From Felis catus (Eukaryota): a stretch of DNA of 64,000 nucleotides. Shown piece after piece: positions 52,281 through 64,000 of this stretch (the first letter of the stretch is position 1; each line of letters opens with the position of its first letter). The notes under the pieces were generated by a model, which saw nothing but the letters and a program-made list of their open reading frames with translations, was not told where the DNA came from and made no database searches. The stretch lies in contig NC_058373.1 of assembly GCF_018350175.1 (NCBI RefSeq), positions 117,864,001-117,928,000 on the forward strand, written 5' to 3'. The position numbers were made by a program, and so were the translations under genes.

Positions 52281-53168
52281 AGCCCTTTCTTTTTTCCACA
52301 CACACAAGCATCTCTTGCACTGTGTGCCACGATCATCTGATTCTTCTCCTCTCACGAAGACTAACTTCTCTCAAATCTGTCATGCGGATTATACACCCTG
52401 AACCTGCCAAGAGGTGACCTTTCTTTGAGTAATCCCCTCTGGGCCTGAATCCTGGTGATGAGTGTGTGCATAGGTGCGTACATGTCTGTGCTCAGCGTAT
52501 GCTTCTGGACTAACACTCCATCCCCTCACTAATTTCCCCGACAGGTCAGAAGTCAGCATGTGCCCCAGTCGGTGAACCAGACAGCGTCTGTTCTGTTCCA
52601 CTGCCCCATCAAAGGGGACAGCAGCGGCTGGTGCTTGCCTTGATGGGGTGAAGGGTCAGGGTTGCCAGATCTTCGATTTTGCAAGAAGCCAGAAATATTA
52701 TTTAAAACAGGCAGGCAGTGGTTTCTATTGAAAAGACCAGTGCTTAAAACAAGCCCCTAAGAGCCTGAGACACTTTATGGGGATCAGGTGCTAGAGGGGA
52801 ATGACAGGAAATGAAGGCTCCCCTTGAAATGCCCCATTGGAAGAGTCAGCAGCAGGTCCTCAATCCCCTGCCATGTCCTGACGCCCATCTGAGGACACAG
52901 AAGAGGACCCAAGTGTGCTTGGCTGGCTTTGCCCTCCAGCCTCGTCCTCCTTGATGATAAGACAACTAAGGTGTCTTTGACTTACGTTGTTTGAATTCCC
53001 TGCTTGTTCTGGGCTTAAAACAAACCTTCCCTCTTCCTGTTTCTCAACCACCTTCTCCCTAGAACCCTCAGGTTCTTAACTCACACTGCATTTCTAGATC
53101 CTTCCAATAAGGAGGCTGCAGCTTCCCATTTCTTTGATTCAACAACTTTAATAAAGAATTCGCGGATA

Positions 53169-54507
53169 AGGCGGCTCTCGTGAAGGCAGCTAAGGCGAGG
53201 CTGGAGAGCGCAGAGCCGTGCATCGTGCCTTGCACTGCCTAGGCTAGCGAACAATACGGTCAGGATGGCTAAAGGTGATCCCAAGAAACCAAAGTGCAAG
53301 ATGTCTGCTAATGCCGTCTTTGTGTAGACGTGCAGAGAGGAACATAAGAAGAAAAACCCAGAGGTCCCTGTCAATTTTGCAGAATTTTCCAAGAAGTGCT
53401 CTGAGAGGTGGAAGACAATGTCTGAGAAAGAGAAATCTAAATTTGATGAAATGGCAAAGGCAGATAAAGTGCGCTATGATCGGGAAATGAAGGATTATGG
53501 ACCAGCTAAGGGAGGCAAGATGAAGAAGGACCCTACCGCCCCCAAAAGGCCACCGTCTGGATTCTTCCTGTCCTGTTCAGAATTCCGCCCCAAGATCAAA
53601 TCTACAAACCCTGGTATCTCCGTTGGAGATGTGGCAAAGAAGCTGGATGAGATGTGGGATAACTTAAGTGACAGTGAAAAGCAGCCTTACGACCACAAGG
53701 CGGTGGAGCTAAAGGAGAAGTACGAGAAGGATGTCGTTGAGTGTAAGTCTAAAGGAAAGTTTGATGGCGCAAAAGCGTCCTGCAAAAGTTGCCCGGAAAA
53801 AGGTGGAAGAGGAAGATGAAGAAAATGAGGAGGAAGGGGAGGAGGAGGAGGAGGAAGAGGAGGAATAAAAAAAAAAAAACTGTTTATCTGTCTCCTTAGA
53901 GTAGGGAGCACTGTCATTGACACCTCTCTTATTCGAGGCGGGTCTGTTGCCCTCGTTAAGTTTAATTATACAGCTGGGTCATGGTCATATTGTAGTCTCT
54001 TCAAAGTGCTCTAGAAATTGTCAGTGGTTTACATGAAGCGGCCATGGGGGGTCCGGAGCACCCTGAAACGTATCAGAGTTGTACGTATGTCCAAACATTT
54101 TTATTTTTTTTTATAATTTTTTTTAACATTTATTTATTTTTGAGACAGAGAGAGACAGAGTATGAACAGGGGAGGGGCAGAGAGAGAGGGAGACACAGAA
54201 TCGGAAACAGCCTCCAGGCTCTGAGCTGTCAGCACAGAGCCCGACGCGGGGCTTGAACTCACGGACCGCGAGATCATGACCTGAGCCGAAGTCGGCCACT
54301 TAACCGACTGAGCCACCCAGGTGCCCCTCTCCAAACATTTTTAAAATGAGAAGGCTCTCGTGTTCTCCGCACTCTGTGCACTTTGCTGTTGGTGTGACAA
54401 GGCTTTTAGAGATGTTTCTGGCATTTTCCCCTTTGAATTTGTAAAGTGGTGTTAACTCTATGGTTATGGGCTAGAAATCCTGAGTTCTCAACTGTACATA
54501 TCTATAG

Positions 54508-54547
<40 letters not shown>

Positions 54548-55009
54548 ACAAAACCACTGAGACACAGTCTTCATGCTCCTTGCTTGGCTTGAGGCTGTGG
54601 GGGAAGATGCCTTTTGGAGGGGCTGTAGCTCAGGGCGTGCACTGTGAAGCTGGGCCTGTGGACACTGCAGTGGGCATCTGTTTAGCTTCAGGTTGTCTTG
54701 TTTCTGCATATAGTGACCTAGCGTTCTGCTGCCGTTCTTAGCTGTGGAAAAGGGGCAGCGGTGGGGGGAGACAGTCAGCTGGCATGAGAAGTGTTTGCAT
54801 CTTTTTTAGTTAAGTGCGGTAGCTTTAACCTGTTTGCTTTGAAACAAACTGTAGAGCTCTTCACGGTCAGCAAAGAGCCACCGCATCGATGAAAGTTCAA
54901 AGAACCTTCTATACTAAACACAATTTGCAACGTTCTGTTATTTTTCTGTATGTTTAGAATGCCGAAATGTTTTTGAAGTTAAATAAACAGTATTACATTT
55001 AAAAAAAAA
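53169..55009 (+). pseudogene. HMGB3: HMGB3 processed pseudogene (5' UTR, CDS, 3' UTR, polyA)
   Basis: ATG 53265 gives MAKGDPKKPK...[25 protein letters not shown]...[15 protein letters not shown], which is HMGB3-diagnostic. Premature TAG at codon 21 (53325-53327), +1 frameshift near 53775, original stop 53866-53868. AATAAA 54982-54987, A-tail from 55001. TSD aaagaattc(g/a)c(g/a)gata at 53153-53168 and 55010-55025. Confidence 0.97.
54103..54327 (-). mobile_element. Can-SINE nested in the HMGB3 retrocopy 3' UTR
   Basis: TSD tccaaacattttt at about 54090 and 54330. Confidence 0.95.
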
Positions 55010-55173
55010 AAAGAATTCACAGATATGAAAGTGCTTATCATGAAGCAGGTAACATCCTTTTCCTCCCCAAATCACACGCAATTACCATATAAATGGCCTG
55101 GCAAAGGGACTTCCTTGAGAGGTGGCAGACTCTAACTACTCTTACACTTACAAAGCTTTAAAAAAGAGAGAGA

Positions 55174-55410
55174 GGGGTGCCTGGGTGGCTCAGTCGGTTA
55201 AGCGGCCGACTTTGGCTCAGGTCATGATCTCACGGTCCGTGAGTTCGAGCCCCGCGTGGGGCTCTGTGCTGACAGCTCAGAGCCTGGAGCCTGTTTCAGA
55301 TTCTGTGTCTTCCTCTCTCTGGCCCTCCCCCATTCATGCTCTGTCTCTCTCTGTCTCAAAAATAAATAAACGTTAAAAAAATTTTTTTTAATAAAATAAA
55401 TAAAAATTAA
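55174..55410 (+). mobile_element. Can-SINE
   Basis: Head, CT tract and A-tail. Confidence 0.93.
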
Positions 55411-56566
55411 AAAGAGAGAAAGAGAAAAGAACAATTTCCAAATGAGAAAATGTCACAGACAGCCACAAACTGACTTCCCAAGGGATGCAAATACCCTTTC
55501 TCCAAGCAAAAAACACGCAACGTACAAAATGTCCACGTGAGGGTCTGTGCCTCCTATGTGGGCAGTCGCCCTTCTACTCAGGGAGATGAGCAGCCCGAGG
55601 GTATGCCCCAGAAAGGCGGCCAATGAGAGGCCTGCTCGTGCTGCGTCCGGATTGGCCAGGCCTGGCACCAGCTGGAACTGGGACCAGCTTTGAGGACAGC
55701 AGAGACTTGATAGGATTCTCTCTTCAAAGCATAGAGCAAACATCAATTAATCCTCAAAAGACGCTTTCAAGGAGAACATTATCCCTTTTGAGGATGTGGA
55801 AGCTAAGAGGTGCCGCAGGTAGTTGAAGGGAGGGCAGAGGAGAAAACAGAGCACTGGGCTCCGAGCCCCAGATCCGGTTCTCCAGAGAGAGTCAAGTTGC
55901 GGGAGAAGAATGGACCCACAGAACTGGGGCAAAGGAGGCGACAGAGAAGCTGCTTTGGAGGGTGCCCCTCAAGGCTCCTGCTGCTTCATCCCAGAACAGG
56001 CTGCAACGTGAAACACAGCCAGAGTCCTATGTGCGCACCAGTCCGGGGAACCAGAGAACGAGTTCAGATTATGGGACCTTCTTCAGCCTAATGACCACTA
56101 AGTCTGTGGGAGGAGGAAAAACTGAAATCGGAATCCAATTTGCCATAGTGAGCCTGTTTCGGTAACCCCACCCTCCCCCGTTCCTGACAGGGGGAGGGGA
56201 GTATGTATAAACACAGGGGATGCCCCGCCTGGCTGGTCTTTCCATCTCAAGAGAACCCATGCAGAGCTTCCTGCACCTCACACTCTTAAGGATCACCGCC
56301 AGTCGCTGTGCCTGGCAATAAACGTCACACATTCTCACGTTACACATTTATTCGACCTTTAACCTGTTGCTCTGAGATACCTGGAGAAATTGTATGCCAC
56401 TGATCAAACGTTATTTAAAAAAGCACCCCACAATCTCTTCTCCACATGCGGTCAGTGTTACTACCTTACACGCTGATTCCCATGGTCGGCTGGCACTTTG
56501 TTAAAAATTTAGATCAACTCTCTTTGCCACACACTACACACTGTTTGCCTAAAGAAAGCCCAGGCC

Positions 56567-56789
56567 GGGGCGCCTGGGTGGCGCAGTCGGTTAAGCGTCC
56601 GACTTCAGCCAGGTCACGATCTCGCGGTCCGTGAGTTCAAGCCCCGCGTCAGGCTCTGGGCTGACGGCTCAGAGCCTGGAGCCTGTTTCCGATTCTGTGT
56701 CTCCCTCTCTCTCTGCCCCTCCCCCATTCATGCTCTGTCTCTCTCTGTCCCAAAAATAAATAAACGTTAAAAAAAAAATTTTAAAAAAA
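56567..56789 (+). mobile_element. Can-SINE, young felid subfamily
   Basis: TSD aaagaaagcccaggcc. Confidence 0.95.
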
Positions 56790-56979
56790 GAAAGCCCAGG
56801 CCATGTGCAAATTATAGGCTGATTAGAGATATTTAAATGTTTGTAGGAAGGATTTTCCTAAAGGGTCTGAATGAGTTTTCTCTCAATTTACCATTTAGTC
56901 AAAGAAATAAAGGAAATTACCCTACAACTCAATTTTTCTTTCTTAATTCAATTACCTAACACCAACTCTAGCATAGCCA

Positions 56980-56982
<3 letters not shown>

Positions 56983-57046
<64 letters not shown>

Positions 57047-57080
57047 ATATATATATACACATATATATACATATACATAT
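56983..57080. repeat. Compound (TA)n(TG)n microsatellite
   Basis: Seen directly. Confidence 0.98.
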
Positions 57081-57185
57081 GCCTTCAAAACCATAGAAAA
57101 TATCTGGAAGTGATTACTCACTAAATTCTACTCCTGAGACCATTATTACACTATATGTTAACTAACTTGGATTTAAATAAAATTA

Positions 57186-57353
57186 GGGGCACCTGGGTGG
57201 CTCAGTCGGTTAAGCATCTGACTTCGGCTCAGGTCACGATCTTGCGGTCCGTGATTTCAAGCCCCATATCGGGCTCTGTGTTGACAGCCCAGAGCCTGGA
57301 GCCCGCTTTGGATTCTGTGTCTCCCTCTCTCTCTCTGCTCCTCCCCTGCTCAT

Positions 57354-57397
<44 letters not shown>

Positions 57398-57887
57398 AAA
57401 AATAAATTTAAATTTTTTTTTAAATTTAATAAAGAAAAAGAAAAATTTTAAAAAAGGAAAATATCTGGAAGGATATGCCAAAAAAAACAAAAACAAAACA
57501 AAAAACAAAACAAAACAAAAACAACCATGTCCTTAACAGTAGGGAGCAAAATGGGCAGAGAAGAAGTCTTTTGTTGTTGTTGTTCTTTTTTGTCTTGTTT
57601 CATGCACTTCTTCTATGCATTTTTTTTTACAACCAGCATGTGACTTTTTATTTTTTTTTCTTTTTTTTTTAAAATTTTTTTTTCAACGTTTATTTATTTT
57701 TGGGGACAGAGAGAGACAGAGCATGAACGGGGGAGGGGCAGAGAGAGAGGGAGACACTGAATCGGAAACAGGCTCCAGGCTCTGAGCCATCAGCCCAGAG
57801 CCCGATGCGGGGCTCGAACTCACGGACCGCGAGATCGTGACCTGGCTGAAGTCGGACGCTCAACCGACTGCGCCACCCAGGCGCCCC
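57186..57887. mobile_element. Tail-to-tail Can-SINEs (57186-57455 +, 57646-57887 - young)
   Basis: Second has TSD cagcatgtgactttt. Confidence 0.93.
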
Positions 57888-59276
57888 CAGCATGTGACTT
57901 TTTAAATGTTTAAAATTATAAAATGAAAAAGTTACCTTCAGATCCTTTATTTTTCCCCAAGTGTGGCATTTTGTCCCGATGCCTATGCAAAGTAAGCCGG
58001 TAGATTTTGGAAACATCTTGTTGCCTTTTAGCGAAGAATTACAAACTCTCATCGTAATACTGTTAACACTCAGGTCATTTCATCCAGAACGCACCACGCT
58101 GAGAAAGGACAATTCCTTGCAACCCACTTCGCAGAGGAGTCTGAAGCCGCATCAGGCAAAACTAAGTCAGAAACAGAGCTTCAAGACCAGGAGAATGATT
58201 CAGGCTTCTTGACCTGACTGGCTTAAGCAAAGCCTGAGAAACGCCGCTGAAAGGCTGCCGTTCTGCACTAGTGCGACCCGGCTCCCGTTCCCACTCCGCC
58301 GTCCCTATCGCTGGCCAGCACACACGAATTCACAGAACCAGCCAATAGGCTGGAGCCCCTCCAATTATTAAGATCATCTTCTTCTCTTAAAGAATGGGCT
58401 TTTCCAGTGACACCAACCGCTTCCATCATTGAAGTGTTTATCTAGAGAATATTTCAGTTGGAAGCTTGAGAAACAGAGAATTTGAGGTTACTCAAAGAGC
58501 CCTCACCAGTTGCAAAGTAATTAGTAAAGAAGTGGGGAAAAAAAAAAAAACAGCGTTGGAGTGATGAGGCCAATAGGAATATCCGATTCGTTTACAGGAT
58601 TTTTCACCGACACCTGCTTTTTGCATGAATAAAATTAGATACAGTTGCTCTCAGCAAATCAGTGATCGGGGATCCGAAATGCAGGAAAATACACGTTCTG
58701 GGTCTTTTGGACTCCGGGTATTTGGCAGAGACAGGCAGCGGGGTCTAATTGTCCATATTCCATCCTGACCCGGAAATGAAAGCTCCCAGTCACAGAAGTT
58801 CTGTAGCTAATCAGTTACCAGTCACACTTCACTCCTCACTGTCTTTAAAGTCACCAGGGGGAACCCCAATTTGCAACAGACCAAGATGCATTCCTTTTGG
58901 GGCACAGATGTCCTTCCAATTCCACTATTGCCCTCTCCATCCTGACACTGACGTAGAAACGAAGGGAAGCAGGCTAAGAAAACCCTCCCCTTTGACATTA
59001 GTAAGAATTGTGCAGTCCCCGGATGATCAGAGCCTAGGCTACACAGGACTTGAAAGAACGATGGAGACTTTGATATGGAATATAAAAAAGTAATGGGCAG
59101 GAGAGGCAGGCGGACCAAACTGGGAGGCCCAAGGCCCAGCTTCTGCCAGCTCCAGCTCTGACTTCCCCAGTGACGATGGCTCTGATTTATTAAGCAAAGA
59201 TGATAGATAACTTACCTCTCTACCTTTTTATCTGAGATGAATGAGATAAATTTCAAATGGTTTATTTGCCGTGACC

Positions 59277-59317
<41 letters not shown>
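59277..59317. repeat. (AAT)n microsatellite
   Basis: Seen directly. Confidence 0.98.
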
Positions 59318-59318
<1 letters not shown>

Positions 59319-60404
59319 AAATGAGGGAAGTAGGAACTGAGCCCACCCTCTGCCTTCTTTCTAAAGAGATTTCACATGCGGCATCTCATCATTACCCCTG
59401 GTGAGATAATGGATCATTATTATTATTATTAGCCCCATTTTATAGAAAAAGCAACTGAGGCACAGACTGGTGACCTGACCAGGGCAGCATGGTTTGTAGA
59501 AGGAGCATTGCCCTGTTCAACACACTGAAATGCATTCCAGTGATTCTGGTCTGTGAAGACCTCTCTAGGTTGTGCCTACAAGACTTGGCCACCTGGGAGA
59601 CACAACACTCAGGCCTCCTCCATAACAGCCACGAACCTTCTCCTTAGGCTCACCCTGCTTCTACAGGTTTCTACAGTTTGCAGGGAGACTTTTAACTAAG
59701 ACATTCTCAGAGTCCTGCTGGGCAAGGCACAGTAGGGGGTGGCCAGGGGAGGCAATGGACTCTATATAACCCATGTGTAAATGTGGTCCAAAGCAAACAC
59801 CCACAACCCTTGGTCCCTAGGCGAGGAGAAAAGATAGCACCAAGGAGTGAACCAAGACACCAACAGCTGCTGTTGGGGGGGGGGGGGGGGGGCTTCCTAC
59901 CTCAGGAATTTTTAATGGTTTAAGGCATGAACTATTAGCAGGAGCCCCAAATCACCAGCACCCAGGTGTAAATTCTATTCTTAGGGAATGTCAGGAGTCT
60001 TATGTTCTAGAGTCTAGATCACCCACTGCTACTAAAGAGCAGAGTGAATTGGAAGGAAAGACAGAAGATAGTAATGAGTGGCTTTTATGGCCTGGCCTAT
60101 TCTTTGGGGCTTCACATAGCTCATCTCAATGTGACGGCCTCGGGCACGGCATGACTCCTCTTAACTTTCTCCACCTATGGCACAGGGAGAGGATGTCTAG
60201 GGCTCCTTCCATCCCAGATACATCCCCAGTTGCCCCCACAGCCCAGTTCCATTACTCCAATTCTCTTCTGCAGGTATCACAGGATGCTGCTGGTGGTTCT
60301 CCAGCTCCACGAAACCCTCTCCCCGGACTCCCCCTCTCTGGGGCAGGAGAGCATCTTTCCATCTTCTCTTATCACTCCTGTTACAGCCAGCAGGATGGAC
60401 AGAT

Positions 60405-60446
60405 ACACACACACACACACACACATACACACACACACACACACAC
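60405..60446. repeat. (CA)n microsatellite
   Basis: Seen directly. Confidence 0.97.
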
Positions 60447-62319
60447 TTCCCAGAACATCCTCAATTTACTCAGGGATCCATGAGGCAACTTTGGGGGACC
60501 CAAGAGGGGTGAGGAAGGAGGGGAAGAAGGAGGCTCACGGTGGTAGACTGGCCACTTCCAGTCTGCTTTGTGAAGGCCCCCAAGCTTTGAGGGGCGCTGG
60601 GGAGGGAAGCTACAGTTGAGGAATGCAGGGGGACCGGGCAGACCCATGTGGAGCTTGGATCCCACCCCATAGGAGATAATGTTTTCGAAAGAGCACACGT
60701 TTGACCAGGGAAGAAGAGACTAAGCCCAGGCTTAAGAGCATATCTGTTTTCTCCCCACCTGCCCCCCTTTTCCCAGCCTCGACTTGGAGCAAATGGTTAA
60801 GCCAACCCGAACCCAGAAGTGTGAATAATACATGGAGCCAGCTCGCAAGCCGCCCACACAGGAGGGCATGTCGGGCTGCACAGATGGCCCTCTCACGTGC
60901 ACAGGCCATAGCTATGCTGTGGGGGGCTGAGATTCCGGGGCAGCCTTTATGCTCCTCACTAACCATGTAAGAGAAAGTGGGGCTCCCCAAGAGAGCCATG
61001 AAATGTGGGGTGAGGACTTACGTGTGGACAGGAGAGTGCCAGCCATCCTGGGGCAGACACCAACAGCTGGAGTGATTTGTTAGCCCTTTTTTCGTGAGTT
61101 AATTTGCTTCCAGCAGATTCCATTAGTGACCTGACAGACCCAGGGCCTGGAGGAGGGCCCTGAAAGAGCTGCTAACTCAGCAGACCGAAGGCCAGACGTC
61201 TTGCACCCAGCCCTTTGCCCGAGGTTTCTATTTGAAGAGCTTAGAATAATTATTTGCAAAGCTCTTGTTAAGGCAGCACCGCTGAACTACGTATAGGCAG
61301 AAGACACATGAACCTTGACCACTAAACATAATCCGCCAACCAGAAACTGGCGCAATACAGGAAAAGGATTCCCACATGTAATAATCTCTCCTTCCCAATG
61401 GCAGGAATGAAGCGAAAGTCAAAGTTATAAACTGGGTTCCATCTGAACCTGAGCGGAGGGGGAAGGGAAGAGGGGGAGGGTTGGGCTTCCTTTGAGTTCC
61501 AGTTGACATTTCCAGCAGAATAAGAAAAGAATCATGCTATTAGTACTGCTGCTGCCGTGACGACACAAATAATGACAACAACCACAGTTAATGTTTGTTT
61601 GGCACCTGGTACACGCCAGGAACTATGCCATAAGCTTTTTAAGCATTATCTCACTGACTCTTCGTAACAGCCCTCTGAGGTAGGAAAGCTGCGTGGGTAA
61701 GAGACGTCACACCGCAACTAAGTCATGGGAAAAGATCCAGAGCGGAACCAAGCCCAGGGGCGTCTGACTCCAAGCTGGTGCACGGCCCCACTTTGCTCCA
61801 CAGCTCAATCCCAGGCTGGAGAAAGAGCAAGGAAACAGGATGCCCAGCCCAACATGTGCCCTCACTAGCTGTCGGACCTCAGCAAGTGATTTCAACTCAT
61901 GGGCCATCCTATTCCACAAGACAGCTGAGTGATTTCTTAAGGACCCCTTCCATTCAAACCATAGTTATGGACCACCTGGGGCACAAAGATGGGGAGGTGG
62001 GTGTATAAACACAACTGAGGAATGGCCCTGCCCTCCAGGGATCTGCTATGTAAAAGTCTTAGGTGCCCTTTCAGCTCTAAAATAACACTTAGCAATTCTT
62101 TTAATATAAAGAAGTATTTGTGACAGCATTTATACCCATCTTCTCTTTGTTCTGTGTGAACATACGCATGGAAAGGTATCTGAAATGAAGTTCATCTAAT
62201 GGATTTGGTCCATTTTTGCTCTCACCTTGTTATTTTTTTGTGTTGCTTGAATTTTTACTAACAAATATACATTTCCATTAAACCAATGAAGTGATTTTTT
62301 AAATACTGCTAAAACAATA

Positions 62320-62324
<5 letters not shown>

Positions 62325-62367
<43 letters not shown>
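62325..62367. repeat. (TG)n microsatellite
   Basis: Seen directly. Confidence 0.97.
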
Positions 62368-62370
<3 letters not shown>

Positions 62371-62426
62371 AAGAAAGAAATGTATGTCATCACTAACTGG
62401 ATATTTTATAATATTAATAAATTGTT

Positions 62427-62645
62427 GGGGTGCCTGGGTGGCTCAGTCAGTTAAGCATCCAACTTCGGCTCAGGTCATGATCTCGGGTTCCTGGGTTCAA
62501 GCCCCGCATTGGGCTCCGTGCTGACAGCTCAGAGCCTGGAGCCTGCTTCAGATTCTGTGTCTCCTTCTTTCTCTGCCCCTCCCCTGCTCAGGCTCTGTCT
62601 CTCTTTCTCTCAAAAATAAATAAACATTGAACAAAATTTTTTTTA
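62427..62645 (+). mobile_element. Can-SINE
   Basis: Head, CT tract and tail. Confidence 0.92.
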
Positions 62646-63121
62646 ACTCGGATGAGATTGTAACTGTATTTTCTAAAAGAATCTTTATTTTTACAGGTAC
62701 ATACTGAAATTTTTACAGATAAAATAAATGATGTCTGGGATTTATTTCAAAATAAATAAATCCTGGTGTGGAAGGGTAGGGATATTTCCCAAAAGCTAAG
62801 ATAAGCCCCCAGCTGGCAACCTTCTTGCCTGAGCATTTCCCCATCTTTGGCTAACTCTTCCCTTTGACTATCATAGTCTAACTTCGTTTGTCCTCTGTGG
62901 CTTCCTTCCACCCCCACACCATTCCCCAAAACCTTCTAGAATCACCCATCAAGTCTGTTGGTATATTCAGGTGCCCAGGCCATTCTATCTGACCTTACCC
63001 TTGCCAGAGGACAGAAGGTATGGGCCTCAGAAATACTCCCACACACCACTGTTCAAAGTCAACTACCATCAGATTCTGTTCGCTCTAGAGACAGAACAGC
63101 TTGACCGGTGGGGTGGGAGGC

Positions 63122-63255
63122 ACCTTTCATTTATTCATTCAACAAATACTTGTCAATCACCCACTTTGTGCCAGGCACTGAGTCAGGTGCTGGAGAATGA
63201 GTGGTAAACAAGACAAAATTGACACCTTCACGGAGTTTTCATGCTAGACAAGGAG
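63122..63255 (-). mobile_element. L2 3' end
   Basis: tcatttattcattcaacaaatactt...tgtgccaggcactg...aaacaagaca. Confidence 0.7.
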
Positions 63256-64000
63256 CCACTTTAGATGTATCCTTCCCAACCCTCCAAGACTTAGGGTCAG
63301 GAGTACATTTTCCAAGACATCCCTGAATCACCTGGGATATTGTCCAAAATAAGGAAAGACATGATCTGATGCCAAGACAGAGGAAACCACCCAACTCCCT
63401 ACCCCAATCCAATTTCCCAGTTCATGGGACACAAAGACCAAAATGGTAAAGACTACCAGGTGAGTAAATGATGTCAGACAATAGGGCAACCAGGCCGCAA
63501 TGTTCCAGGCCCACTGGTGTCATATTCGTATCAGAATTTTTGTAACCTTTGCTGCCACTTTGGCAAAAGTTTCTCATCCACTTTTGAGGTTAAAATAAGT
63601 AAAACTTGAATAGCATGCATGAGTGTAGCAGTTTTTAAAAACAAAACTTCCCTGCCAGGGATGACTTATACAATCTATATAACCACGGGCCTCCTATGTA
63701 AGTGCTTGGTCATGGGAAAATGTTTAGCATTGTTCAGCGGTCACTTATACCGGCACTTGGTCACAAGGACTTCCAAATCAAATTTCTAAGCAAAAAAAGT
63801 TCCATTTGGAAAACTACATTTTCCAATTTTCTTGCTTTATCATGACAATGGAAATAGAGTGTCATGAGTAAGTGTTTTAATTTATTCATCAAGATATAGG
63901 ATCTATTCTCATATTAGTTGTGGATTTACCATTGTTCTAATAAAAATGCGTGCTTTACACAGTTTTCTCCATTGACTCTAAGCTCCAAAGGGCAAAAACC

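Noticed and set aside
6622..57451. Recurrent ORF family WVAQSVK.PTSAQV...SLEPASDSVSPSLS that looks like a peptide gene family
   Set aside because: These are translations of Can-SINE copies, not genes.
1..64000. CRISPR arrays, operons or other prokaryotic systems
   Set aside because: The DNA is mammalian. The repeats are SINE, LINE, LTR and microsatellite, with no regular repeat-spacer structure.
63480..64000. AT-rich terminal segment, possibly a DNA transposon relic
   Set aside because: I could not assign a family or find an ORF. It needs a Dfam search.

Overview
Mammalian, felid (most likely domestic cat) genomic DNA, judged from about 38 tRNA-derived Can-SINEs including a young felid-type subfamily. 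The window looks intronic or intergenic and I found no intact known protein-coding gene. The two clear gene-like objects are plus-strand processed pseudogenes with poly(A) tails and target-site duplications (TSDs). One is PNO1 (about 36110-37340, inserted into an L2 relic). The other is HMGB3 (about 53169-55009, with a SINE nested in its 3' UTR). Other features include a TSD-flanked 5'-half tRNA-Gly(TCC) retrocopy, a young 5'-truncated L1, old L1M/L2/MIR/MLT1/MER relics and microsatellites. Two well-formed minus-strand candidate exons (41287-41363 and 28066-28194) and a 28:10 plus-strand SINE bias suggest an unidentified host gene transcribed on the minus strand. Almost all ORFs in the supplied track are spurious or repeat-derived. 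I found no convincing novel multi-gene system. Repeat family names come from recalled consensus sequences, not a database search, and boundaries are approximate.
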